From assembly GCA_963773095.1 (NCBI GenBank), contig CAVYZY010000008.1, positions 266,589 through 330,588 of the forward strand: DNA of 64,000 bases, written 5' to 3'. Positions 17,537-25,888 of this stretch are shown piece after piece (the first letter of the stretch is position 1; every line of letters starts with the position of its first letter). The notes beneath the pieces were generated by a model. It was not told the origin of the DNA. It made no database searches and saw only the letters and a list, made by a program, of their open reading frames with translations. The DNA comes from an uncultured Gemmatimonadales bacterium. GTDB taxonomy: Bacteria > Gemmatimonadota > Gemmatimonadetes > Gemmatimonadales > GWC2-71-9. A program made the translations under genes and the position numbers.

Positions 17537-17737
17537 ATGCCAGAACTGACAGCCTCCAAGGTACCGACCGCCCGCGGCCGCTGGCCATTGGCGCCCCGCA
17601 ACCTGATCATCATTGGTGCGGCGCTCGCGTCCATCGTCGCGGGTTACATGGTTCTCTCGGCAGGACATGCCAGCGCCGCGGCGGTGCTGCTCGTGCTGGG
17701 ATATTGTGTGCTGCTCCCGCTCGGTATCGTCATCTAG
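17537..17737 (+). CDS. Small two-TM membrane protein (66 aa), function unknown
   Basis: Two hydrophobic helices (NLIIIGAALASIVAGYMVL, AAAVLLVLGYCVLLPLGIVI) after a basic N-terminus. AT-richer upstream region. No motif-level identification. Confidence 0.45.
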   Translation: MPELTASKVPTARGRWPLAPRNLIIIGAALASIVAGYMVLSAGHASAAAVLLVLGYCVLLPLGIVI

Positions 17738-17808
17738 ACAAGGCCCAGGCCGGGGCCGTTGCAGATGCCGTTCCGGAGCAGAGACTCGAACCGCGCCGAC
17801 CCTGATGC

Positions 17809-17883
17809 GGGCGATTAGCTCAGCCGGTTCAGAGCGCCTGCCTTACACGCAGGATGTCGGGGGTTCGAATCCCTCATCGCCCA
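17809..17883 (+). tRNA. tRNA-Val (anticodon TAC)
   Basis: Hand-folded cloverleaf: acceptor GGGCGAT/ATCGCCC, D-arm GCTC-AGCCGGTTCA-GAGC, anticodon arm CCTGC-CTTACAC-GCAGG, T-arm GGGGG-TTCGAAT-CCCTC, discriminator A. 75 nt, no encoded CCA. Confidence 0.9.
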
Positions 17884-17952
17884 TTTCTGCGCGCCAGCCC
17901 GGCGCGCGTCACACGGCCGTCCGGCCGGTGTTCCCGCAGGAGACATGAACGC

Positions 17953-19671
17953 ATGACGCGAATCGGTCAGGTAGTGCTGTCATCGCTGGCGCTCGGTGCA
18001 GCGCTCTCGGCCGACCTCGGTGCGCAGGGGATTCCCAAGAACACGCGGCGCCTCGGCGCGCCGGCGGCCACCGCGATCCGGGTCATGGTTGCGAATCCGT
18101 ACGCCAGTTCGACCGCGGACTCGGCGGCGGCCGTCGCCATCGCGGCGGGGATGCGCACGAGGCTGGTGAGCGTCGCCGGCTCGGGATACTCGATCGTGTC
18201 CGACACGACCATGAACACGGCCCTCGAACAGTTCGGCTATCCGCGCAACGCCATCCTCAGCCCGACCAACGCGCTCATCCTGGCCAAGCAGATCCCGGGC
18301 ACCAAGGGGATCATCACGTCCACGCTGGCGCGTCCGGAGGGTGGGCTGTACACCATGACCTCCCGGTTCTACGGCGTGCTGGCGGACGCCGGGGTGGTGG
18401 AGAGCCACCAGCAGAACGCGGGCGAGAAGCTCGAGGCCTTTGGCCAGCGCGCGGCCGAACATTTCGGGCCGCCCTTCGACGCGTTCGACGATGCGAAGGC
18501 GTGCGAGGACCTGCGCGCCACCAAGCCGCAGGATGCCGTGAAGGCCGCCGAGAAGTCGCTCAAGATCGTGCCGAACCAGGGCCTGGCGCACCTCTGCCTG
18601 GCCGAGATCGCCATCGCCGAGAAGAAGCCGCGGCCGGAGGTCGTCGCCCACCTCACTGCGGCCACCGAGGGCGACCCGCTCAGCCTCACGGCATGGACGC
18701 TGTTGGCAGAGCAGCATGAACAGGCCGCCGACACTGCTGCGGTGATCGCCGACTTCAAGCAGATGCTGCTGGTGGCGCCCAGCAACCAGAAGCTGCGGGA
18801 GCAGATCTTCAAGTACCTGCTTCAGGCGGGCAAGCCCAACGTGGCGCGCGAAGTCGCCGACGAGGGCCTCAAGCAGGACCCGAACAACTGGCCGCTGTAC
18901 GACCTCAAGAGCAATGCCTGCCTCTTCCAGAGCGACTTCAAGTGTGCCATCGACGCGCTGGCCCAGGCGTATGCCGTCGACTCAAGCCGTGCCGATTCCA
19001 CCTTCTTCACGAAGATCGCCGTGGCCGCCGCGCAGCAGCCCGACACCGTGCGGCTACTCGAATGGGCGCAGCGCGGCCTCAAGAAGTACCCGCAGAACCT
19101 CGAACTGCTCGGTTACGCGGAGCAGGGCTACATGCTGACGGGCCAGGTGGACTCGACGGTCGCGGTGGCCAAGCGCCTTTTGGCGCAAGACCCGACTCAG
19201 CTCGACCCCGCCCTCGCCGCCGTTCAGTCACTCGCTGGGGCCGGGCGCATCGCCGAAGCGACGCCGCTCATCGACATGGTGCAGGCGAAGGGTTCGCCGC
19301 AGCAGAAGGAGCAACTCTCCGCCATCCTGGCGAACGCGGCGCTGCCGCTGCTGCAGAAGGCCGACTATCCCGCGGCCGCCGATCTGGCGCGCCAGTGCGT
19401 GAAGAGCGCCGACCCCAAGGGGCGGATCGTCGGGAGCTGCCAGCTCATCCTCGGCCTCTCCGCCTTCCAGTCGGCGGCCACGATGGACTCCGAGACCGAG
19501 AAGAGCAAGTCGTGCGACATGGCGAAGAAGGAAGACGCCCTGGTGTCGGAGGCGGAGGTGGCGCTGACGGCGGCCAAGACCACGCGGCCGGATGCGGTGG
19601 AGAAGCCGCTGGCGGCGGTACCGCAGTTCAAGGCCCGCACGTCGTCGATGATCAAGTCATACTGCAAGTAG
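17953..19671 (+). CDS. Secreted Lys-rich TPR-like protein (572 aa)
   Basis: Signal peptide MTRIGQVVLSSLALGAALSADLGAQG. Helical-repeat C-terminal two thirds. ATG 17953 is in frame with track ORF 17854-19671, whose upstream part overlaps the tRNA. Confidence 0.75.
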   Translation: MTRIGQVVLSSLALGAALSADLGAQGIPKNTRRLGAPAATAIRVMVANPYASSTADSAAAVAIAAGMRTRLVSVAGSGYSIVSDTTMNTALEQFGYPRNAILSPTNALILAKQIPGTKGIITSTLARPEGGLYTMTSRFYGVLADAGVVESHQQNAGEKLEAFGQRAAEHFGPPFDAFDDAKACEDLRATKPQDAVKAAEKSLKIVPNQGLAHLCLAEIAIAEKKPRPEVVAHLTAATEGDPLSLTAWTLLAEQHEQAADTAAVIADFKQMLLVAPSNQKLREQIFKYLLQAGKPNVAREVADEGLKQDPNNWPLYDLKSNACLFQSDFKCAIDALAQAYAVDSSRADSTFFTKIAVAAAQQPDTVRLLEWAQRGLKKYPQNLELLGYAEQGYMLTGQVDSTVAVAKRLLAQDPTQLDPALAAVQSLAGAGRIAEATPLIDMVQAKGSPQQKEQLSAILANAALPLLQKADYPAAADLARQCVKSADPKGRIVGSCQLILGLSAFQSAATMDSETEKSKSCDMAKKEDALVSEAEVALTAAKTTRPDAVEKPLAAVPQFKARTSSMIKSYCK

Positions 19672-19699
19672 GTCGTGGGTCGTGGGTCGTGAGTCGTGA
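19672..19699 (+). repeat. Tandem heptamer array GTCGTGG GTCGTGG GTCGTGA GTCGTGA
   Basis: Starts immediately after the TAG stop at 19669-19671. Confidence 0.85.
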
Positions 19700-19772
19700 G
19701 TTAGGGGCTGAGAACCGGGGGTTGCCGGGGGGCGTGGGGCTGCCTAACTTTGCCCCCCGCCGCAAAGGTCCG

Positions 19773-19847
19773 GGGGCTGTAGCTCAGCTTGGTTAGAGTG
19801 CCGCACTGTCACTGCGGAGGTCGCGGGTTCGAGCCCCGTCAGCCCCG
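19773..19847 (+). tRNA. tRNA-Asp (anticodon GTC)
   Basis: Acceptor GGGGCTG/CAGCCCC, D-arm GCTC-AGCTTGGTTA-GAGT, anticodon arm CCGCA-CTGTCAC-TGCGG, T-arm GCGGG-TTCGAGC-CCCGT, discriminator G. 75 nt. Confidence 0.9.
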
Positions 19848-19862
19848 TCGTCCTCTCAGTAC

Positions 19863-19899
19863 CGCACTCCGTCTCCTGGACGGGGTGCGTTTCTTTTTT
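19863..19899 (+). terminator. Rho-independent terminator after tRNA-Asp
   Basis: 11-bp stem CGCACTCCGTC / GACGGGGTGCG (one G-U), 5-nt loop, followed by TTTCTTTTTT. Confidence 0.75.
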
Positions 19900-19910
19900 C
19901 CGGCCTATCC

Positions 19911-20834
19911 ATGTCCATCGGTAACACTCAGTCGCTGCACGAGCCCGTCCTGCTCGCCGAGGTCCTGGCGGCAGCTGCCGGGGCACGCCGGGTGGTGGAC
20001 GCCACCGTGGGTCACGGCGGTCACGCGGGGGCGCTGCGCGCGCAGGGGGCGGAGGTCCTCGGCATCGACCGGGACCCGGACGCCCTGGCGACGGCGCGGG
20101 CCCGGCTGGGCGACGCACAGATGACGTGGCTCGAGGCCCCCTACGGCTCGCCAGCCGCGCTCGAGGCCGTGACGGCGTTCCGGCCGGATCTTATCCTTCT
20201 TGACCTCGGGGTGTCGTCGCGCCAGCTCGATTCGGATGCCCGCGGGTTCAGTTTCCGCCCGGGTGTCGCGCTCGACATGCGCATGGGCACCGCCGGCCCC
20301 ACCGCGGCCGACCTGCTCAACGAATTGCCGGAAGCGGAGCTCGTGGCGATCCTGCGTGACTACGCGGATGAGCGCCGGGCAGGCGCGATGGCGCGCGAGA
20401 TCACCCGGCGTCGGGTGCGCAGTCCGTTCGTGTCGAGCGACGACTTGGTGAACGCCATCCGCGCAGTGCTCGGTGCGCGCGCAGGCCCGGGCGAGTTCGC
20501 GCGGATCTTCCAGGGGTTCCGTATCGCGGTGAATGACGAACTGGGCGGGCTGGCGCGAGCGCTGGATGCCTTTCGCGAAGCGCTGGTGCCTGGCGGCCGG
20601 CTGGCGGTGATCAGCTACCACTCGGGAGAGGATCGTCTCGTGAAGCAGGCGTTCCGCGCCTGGAGCACCGCATGCAGCTGTCCCCCGGGCCTGCCAGTCT
20701 GCATCTGCGGCGGCAAGGCCTCCGGCACGCTGGTGACGCGCCGCGCGATCGTGGCGAGCGACACCGAGTCGGCGGCGAACCCGCGCGCCCGCAGCGCCCA
20801 CCTCCGGGTCTTCCAGGTGAATGATGCAGCTTAA
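19911..20834 (+). CDS. rsmH: 16S rRNA (cytosine1402-N4)-methyltransferase RsmH (MraW)
   Basis: HEPVLLAEVL..., DATVGHGGHA, GIDRDPDAL, FSFRPGVALDMRM. First gene of the dcw cluster. Confidence 0.92.
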   Translation: MSIGNTQSLHEPVLLAEVLAAAAGARRVVDATVGHGGHAGALRAQGAEVLGIDRDPDALATARARLGDAQMTWLEAPYGSPAALEAVTAFRPDLILLDLGVSSRQLDSDARGFSFRPGVALDMRMGTAGPTAADLLNELPEAELVAILRDYADERRAGAMAREITRRRVRSPFVSSDDLVNAIRAVLGARAGPGEFARIFQGFRIAVNDELGGLARALDAFREALVPGGRLAVISYHSGEDRLVKQAFRAWSTACSCPPGLPVCICGGKASGTLVTRRAIVASDTESAANPRARSAHLRVFQVNDAA

Positions 20835-21114
20835 GGGGCGCCACCACCTCCTGTTCTGGTTGCTGCTCTTCCTGGTGGTGGCGGGCGGCGTCGTGGCGCG
20901 GCAGAACGCTTCGATCGCGGCTGCTGGCCGGCTGAGCCGCCTCCGGGAGGAGCGAACGACACTGGAGGCGCGCCGTGCCGACCTCACCGGCCAGATCCGG
21001 GAGGCGTCGAGCCGCCGGGCGCTCGCTCCCGTGGCGGAGGCGCTGGGCCTGCACGAGCCTTCCGACTCCGAGGTCAACTACCTCAAGCTGCCCGCGGACG
21101 CCCGCCGTCCATGA
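20821..21114 (+). CDS. ftsL: Cell division protein FtsL-like (97 aa, single TM + coiled coil)
   Basis: Position between rsmH and ftsI. TM helix HLLFWLLLFLVVAGGVV followed by a coiled segment LSRLREERTTLEARRADLTGQIRE. Overlaps both neighbours. Confidence 0.7.
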   Translation: MMQLKGRHHLLFWLLLFLVVAGGVVARQNASIAAAGRLSRLREERTTLEARRADLTGQIREASSRRALAPVAEALGLHEPSDSEVNYLKLPADARRP

Positions 21115-23082
21115 ACCGCACCTCCAAGCGCATCGCCTTCCTGCAGGGCTGCTTCGCCCTGGCGCTCGCGATCGTGGTGCTGCGCGCGGGACAGCTCCAG
21201 CTGGTGGAAGGGAGCTACTGGTCGGAGCAGGCCGAGTCGCGGCGCACGGCACGCGATACGCTCGAGGCGCGGCGGGGATCGATCTACGACCGCCGGGGCG
21301 TCCAGCTGGCGGTGACCCAGGAGTTCTATCACGTCGGCATCGCGCCCAACGAGGTGGACGACCGGCGGGTGCTGGTGCAGAAGGGTGCGCGCGCGCTGGG
21401 CGTGGGGGCGGGTGAGCTGCAGCGCAAGCTCCGTGCGGGCAAGTACATGTACTTCTACGGCCCCTACACCGCGACGCAGATCGAGTCACTGCGCCAGCTC
21501 AAGGGCGTGCATCTCGAGGGCAGTTTCCGGCGCGACTATCCATCGTCGCTCGCCGCGCCGGTCATCGGCCGGCTCCCCCCTGACAGCAGCCGTGGAGGTT
21601 CCGGGCTCGAGCGCGCGCTCGACGAGCTCCTCACGGGGACGCCGGGCGAGGCGGTGTTCCTGCGCGACCGGGTCGGGCGCAGGCTCGAGTCGCCGGCGCG
21701 AAAGATCAGCGACCCGGTCCCGGGCAACGATGTGTGGCTCACGCTCGACGCGGAGCTGCAGGACATCGCCGAGCGGGAACTGGAGGACGCGCTCCGGGAA
21801 TCGGGCGCCGACGGCGGGCGACATCGTCGTGCTCGACCCGCGCACCGGCGAGCTGCTGGCGGTGGCGTCGCGCCAGTCGGGCGTCGACCGCGCCGCGTCC
21901 AGTCCGACCGCCTTCACCAGTCCGTTCGAGCCGGGCTCCACCGCGAAGCTGTTCACGGCGGCGGCGCTGCTTCGCCTCGACAAGGTGGACAGCACCGACC
22001 GGGTGAGCGGGGAGAACGGGCACTACATGATGCCGCTCTCGCGCGGCGGGGTTCGCGAGATCAACGATGCGCACAAGTCCGAGGGGTCGCTGACGCTGGC
22101 CGACGCGATCAAGGTGTCGAGCAACATCGCGATGGCGAAGTTCTCCCAGCGCCTCACTCCGGTCGAGCAGTTCGAGGCGTTGCGCGACTTCGGGTTCGGC
22201 AGTCCCACCGGGGTCGAGTTCCCGTCGGAATCGCGGGGCCAGCTCAAGAGCCCCGAGCGCTGGATTCCCGACTATGCCAGGGCCAGCATGGCGATGGGCT
22301 ACGAGATCGGGGTGACGGCGCTGCAGCTCGCGGTGGCCTATGCGGCGATCGCGAACGACGGCGTGCTGGTGACGCCGACGCTGGTGCGCGAGGTGCGCGA
22401 CCCCGCAGGTCAGCTGCTCTACCAGCACCAGCCGGAACCGGTGCGCCGGGTCATTCCTTCCGCGATCGCGGCGAAGCTGCAGGCCTACCTGCGCAGCGTG
22501 GTGGAGGAGGGCGGCGGCACCGGCGACGAGGCGCGGCTGGCCAATTACGAGCTGGCGGGCAAGACCGGCACGGCCCGGCGGTTCGTGGGCAAGCAGTACA
22601 AGGGCTATCGCGCGTCGTTCGCGGCGTTCTTCCCGGCGAAGGATCCGCAGCTCGTGGTCGTCGTCACGATCGACAACCCGACCAAGGGGTCGTACTACGG
22701 CGGGCAGACGGCGGCGCCGGTGACGAAGCGGATGCTGGAGCAGGCGCTCGCGTCGCGCTTCATCGCGATCGACCGGGCGCGGCTGGGCGGCACGACGGCG
22801 GCCGTGGCGGCGCAACTGCCGGCGCCGGCACCGCGGGTGGATGCGGTGGCATCGGTGACCCGCGTCGCATGGCCGTATCGCAAGCCCGACACGACCGCGG
22901 CGAAGGGCATGGCCACCGTGCCCGACGTGAGCGGGCGCGGCGTGCGCGCGGCGGTGCTCGCGGTGCACAAGCAGGGTTTCCACGCCAACGTGAAGGGCAC
23001 CGGTCGCGCCGTGCGGACGGACCCCGCAGCGGGGGCCAGTGCCGGCACCGGTACCGTCGTGACCATCTGGACCGAGGAGTGA
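21111..23082 (+). CDS. ftsI: Peptidoglycan D,D-transpeptidase FtsI (PBP3-type), apparent +1 frameshift near 21816-21822
   Basis: N-terminal TM and PBP-dimer domain in frame 0 up to ...ALRESGADGG. Continuation DIVVLDPRTGELLAVAS, STAKLF (SxxK), SSN, KTGTA in frame +1 (track ORF 21385-23082). Length 1972 nt equals 3n+1. Confidence 0.85.
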
Positions 23083-23090
23083 CCGTGCGC

Positions 23091-24533
23091 ATGAGTGCGC
23101 TGCTCGACGCGTTGCGCCGCGCAGACCTCCTGGTCGAGGCCGACGCGCTGCCCGAGGTGAGCGGGGTCGGCACCGACAGCCGCAGCACGCAACCGGGATC
23201 GGTCTACGTGGCGGTGCGCGGATCGCAGGCTGACGGGCACCGGTTCATCGGCGACGCGCTCGCCCGGGGCGCCACGGCGCTTGTGGTGGAGTCGCGGCAG
23301 CCGGTGGTGGCGCCGCAAGTGGTGGTGCGCGACGGCCGCCGCGCCGCACTCGTGCTCGCACGCGCGTGGTTCGGTGATCCTGCCGGCGCGATGCAGCTCA
23401 TCGGAATCACCGGCACCAACGGGAAGACGACCACGACGGCGCTGGTGCGCCACCTCTTCAATGCCGACGGGACGGCAGCCAGCATCGGCACGCTCGGCGC
23501 TTTCGACGGGCAGGGCAACGCGGTGCCCTCCACCGCCGGCTCACTCACGACGCCCGGACCGGTGGACCTGCAGGCGACCTTCGCGGCGCTGCGCGAGCGC
23601 GGCTGTTCCACGGTGGCGATGGAGACGTCGTCGCACAGCCTCGACCAGGGGCGGCTCGACGGGCTGAGCTTCGCCGCGGGCATCTTCACCAACCTGACCC
23701 GCGATCATCTCGACTATCACGGGACGATGGAAGCCTACCTCGCCGCCAAGCTCAAGCTGGCGTCGCTGCTGCGGCTCCGGGGCGTCGAGGTGGTGAACAC
23801 CGACGACCCGGCGTGGACGGCGCTTCCGGGCGGTGACCGTCGCGTCACCTTCGGCCTCGGTCCCGACGCCGATGTCCGCGCCGCGCGGCTCGAGCTCGGG
23901 GCCGCCGGCAGCCGCTTCCTGCTCGACGGCCGGTTCGGGCGCGCCGAGGTGGCGCTGCCGCTGCTGGGCGACTTCAACGTATCGAACGCACTGGCAGCGG
24001 CAGCGTGCGCGCTGGCGCTGGGCCATCCGGTGACCGAGGTGGCCGCGCGGCTCACGGCGGCACCACAGGTGCCGGGTCGCATGGAGCTGATCACCGATCG
24101 CCCGTGTGCCGTGTTGCGCGACTACGCGCACACGCCCGATGCCCTGGAGCGGGCGCTCCGGGCGCTCCGTCCCGTCACGCCGGGCCGCATCATCGTGGTG
24201 TTCGGCTGCGGCGGTGACCGCGACCGGGGCAAGCGCCCGATCATGGGCCAGCTCGCCGCCGAACTGGCCGACCTGCCGGTGGTGACCTCGGACAACCCGC
24301 GCACCGAGGACCCGGACTCGATCATCGACGACGTGGAGCGGGGCATGGGCTCGGTGCGGCGGATCCGCATCGCGGACCGGCGCGTGGCCATCGCCGCGGC
24401 GCTGGGCGAGGCCCGGCCCGGCGACACGCTGCTGCTGGCGGGCAAGGGACACGAGACCTACCAGGTGATCGGCACCGAGAAGCAGCCGTTCGACGAACGC
24501 GAGATCGTGCTCGCGGCACTCGCCGCCACATGA
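23091..24533 (+). CDS. murE: UDP-MurNAc-L-Ala-D-Glu:meso-DAP ligase MurE
   Basis: GITGTNGKTTTT, HSLDQGRLDG, DYAHTPDAL, SDNPRTEDP (DNPR motif, typical of meso-DAP-adding enzymes). ATG 23091 (GTG 23085 possible). Shares a frame with the run-on track ORF 21111-24533. Confidence 0.92.
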   Translation: MSALLDALRRADLLVEADALPEVSGVGTDSRSTQPGSVYVAVRGSQADGHRFIGDALARGATALVVESRQPVVAPQVVVRDGRRAALVLARAWFGDPAGAMQLIGITGTNGKTTTTALVRHLFNADGTAASIGTLGAFDGQGNAVPSTAGSLTTPGPVDLQATFAALRERGCSTVAMETSSHSLDQGRLDGLSFAAGIFTNLTRDHLDYHGTMEAYLAAKLKLASLLRLRGVEVVNTDDPAWTALPGGDRRVTFGLGPDADVRAARLELGAAGSRFLLDGRFGRAEVALPLLGDFNVSNALAAAACALALGHPVTEVAARLTAAPQVPGRMELITDRPCAVLRDYAHTPDALERALRALRPVTPGRIIVVFGCGGDRDRGKRPIMGQLAAELADLPVVTSDNPRTEDPDSIIDDVERGMGSVRRIRIADRRVAIAAALGEARPGDTLLLAGKGHETYQVIGTEKQPFDEREIVLAALAAT

Positions 24534-25882
24534 ACCCCTGGACAGCAGGTCTCCTGCAGGACGCGCTGGGCCTGCGCGCGCTCCCGGCCAGCGGGCCGTG
24601 GACCGGCGTGTCCACCGATACGCGCAGCATCGAACCAGGTGCCCTGTTCGTGGCCCTGGCTGGGGAGCGGTTCGACGGGCACAACTACCTGACCGCGGCG
24701 CGCGACCAGGGCGCGACGGCGGCAGTGGTGCGGCGGGGCACGGCGGCGGTGGCGGGCCTCGAGCTGCTCGAGGTGGATGACACGCTTCGCGCTTACGGTG
24801 ACATCGCGCGTGCGCGGCGCCGGCTCGTTACCGGCCCGGTGGTGTGCATCACCGGGAACAACGGCAAGACGACGGTGAAGGAGATGGTCGCGGCGGTTCT
24901 CCGGACGCGCTTCCGGGTGCATGCGACCCGGGCCAACAACAACAACCTGGTCGGCGTGCCGCTCACCATCATCGAGGCGCCGTGGGACGTGGAGGCGCTG
25001 GTGATCGAGGGGGGCGGCAACGTACCCGGCGAGTTGCCGCGCTACCGCGAGATCATCGAGCCCGGCATCACGGTCGCGACCAACGCGACGGAAGGCCACC
25101 TCGAAGGCTACGGCACGCTGGAGGCGATCGTGGCCGACACCGTCGCGGTGACGGCGGGCGTGGAGCTCGCGGTGGTGGGCACGGAGCCGCCGTCGCTGGC
25201 GGAGGGGGCGCGCCGGGTTGCCCGAAAGGTGATCACGGTGGGCTGGCAGGGTGCCGACCGGATCCCGGTGGTCCTCTCGGCCGATGCGCTCGCGCGACCG
25301 CGGGTGCGGGTGGGAGGGCGGGAGGTGCAGCTGCCGCTCCCGGGCCGGCATCAGGCGCTCAATGCGGAGTTCGCGTGGGCGGTGGCGGGCGCGGTGGGCA
25401 TCGGTGCGGAGGCCGTGGTAAACGCGCTGGCGACCGTGACGGTGCCGGGCGGCCGGAGCGAACTGAGCCAGGTGGGCGCGCTCACCATCCTCAACGACTG
25501 CTACAACGCCAACCCGCACTCGTTCGCGGCCTCGATCGCCACGGCAGCCGAGCTGCGGCGCGGCCGGCGGCTGGTGTTCGTCGCGGGGACGATGCGCGAG
25601 CTGGGCCCCGACGCGGAGCGTCTCCACCGCGAGGTGGCGGCGAAGGTCGTGGCCCTCGACCCGGAACTGATCGCGGCCGTGGGCGAGTTCGTCCCGGCGT
25701 TCGAGTCATGGGCCGGCACGCTCGGCGACCGCCTCATCACGGCCGTGGACGCCCCGGCCATGGGTCCGCTGCTCGCATCGCGACTGCGCGGCGACGAAGT
25801 CATCGTGCTGAAAGGGTCCCGCGGGGCAGCGCTCGAACGTATACTTCCGGCCATCACTGGCCGTGCCGCCGCCCCGCACTGA
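24530..25882 (+). CDS. murF: UDP-MurNAc-tripeptide:D-Ala-D-Ala ligase MurF
   Basis: STDTRSIEPGALFVALAGERFDGHNY, ITGNNGKTTVKEM, NDCYNANPHS. ATGA overlap with murE. Confidence 0.92.
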   Translation: MNPWTAGLLQDALGLRALPASGPWTGVSTDTRSIEPGALFVALAGERFDGHNYLTAARDQGATAAVVRRGTAAVAGLELLEVDDTLRAYGDIARARRRLVTGPVVCITGNNGKTTVKEMVAAVLRTRFRVHATRANNNNLVGVPLTIIEAPWDVEALVIEGGGNVPGELPRYREIIEPGITVATNATEGHLEGYGTLEAIVADTVAVTAGVELAVVGTEPPSLAEGARRVARKVITVGWQGADRIPVVLSADALARPRVRVGGREVQLPLPGRHQALNAEFAWAVAGAVGIGAEAVVNALATVTVPGGRSELSQVGALTILNDCYNANPHSFAASIATAAELRRGRRLVFVAGTMRELGPDAERLHREVAAKVVALDPELIAAVGEFVPAFESWAGTLGDRLITAVDAPAMGPLLASRLRGDEVIVLKGSRGAALERILPAITGRAAAPH

Positions 25883-25888
25883 GGCTCG

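Noticed and set aside
17775-17808. Possible minus-strand tRNA or tRNA remnant (GGTTCGAGTCTC T-loop-like sequence just upstream of tRNA-Val).
   Set aside because: The flanking bases do not form a T-stem (CGCGG against CTCTG), and I could not fold an acceptor or anticodon arm. At most it is a degraded fragment. It is mentioned only as context for the tRNA-flanked gene.
19700-19910. Search for mraZ, or a small ORF, upstream of rsmH.
   Set aside because: The interval is fully occupied by a hairpin, tRNA-Asp and its terminator. No ORF with an MraZ-like sequence exists on either strand.
21111-24533. 1140-aa ORF suggesting an FtsI-MurE fusion protein.
   Set aside because: The middle about 420 aa are out-of-frame nonsense (RHRRARPAHRR...). 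The real FtsI transpeptidase domain lies in the +1 frame, and murE has its own start at 23085/23091. The apparent fusion is an artefact of a 1-nt frameshift plus a stop-free frame.
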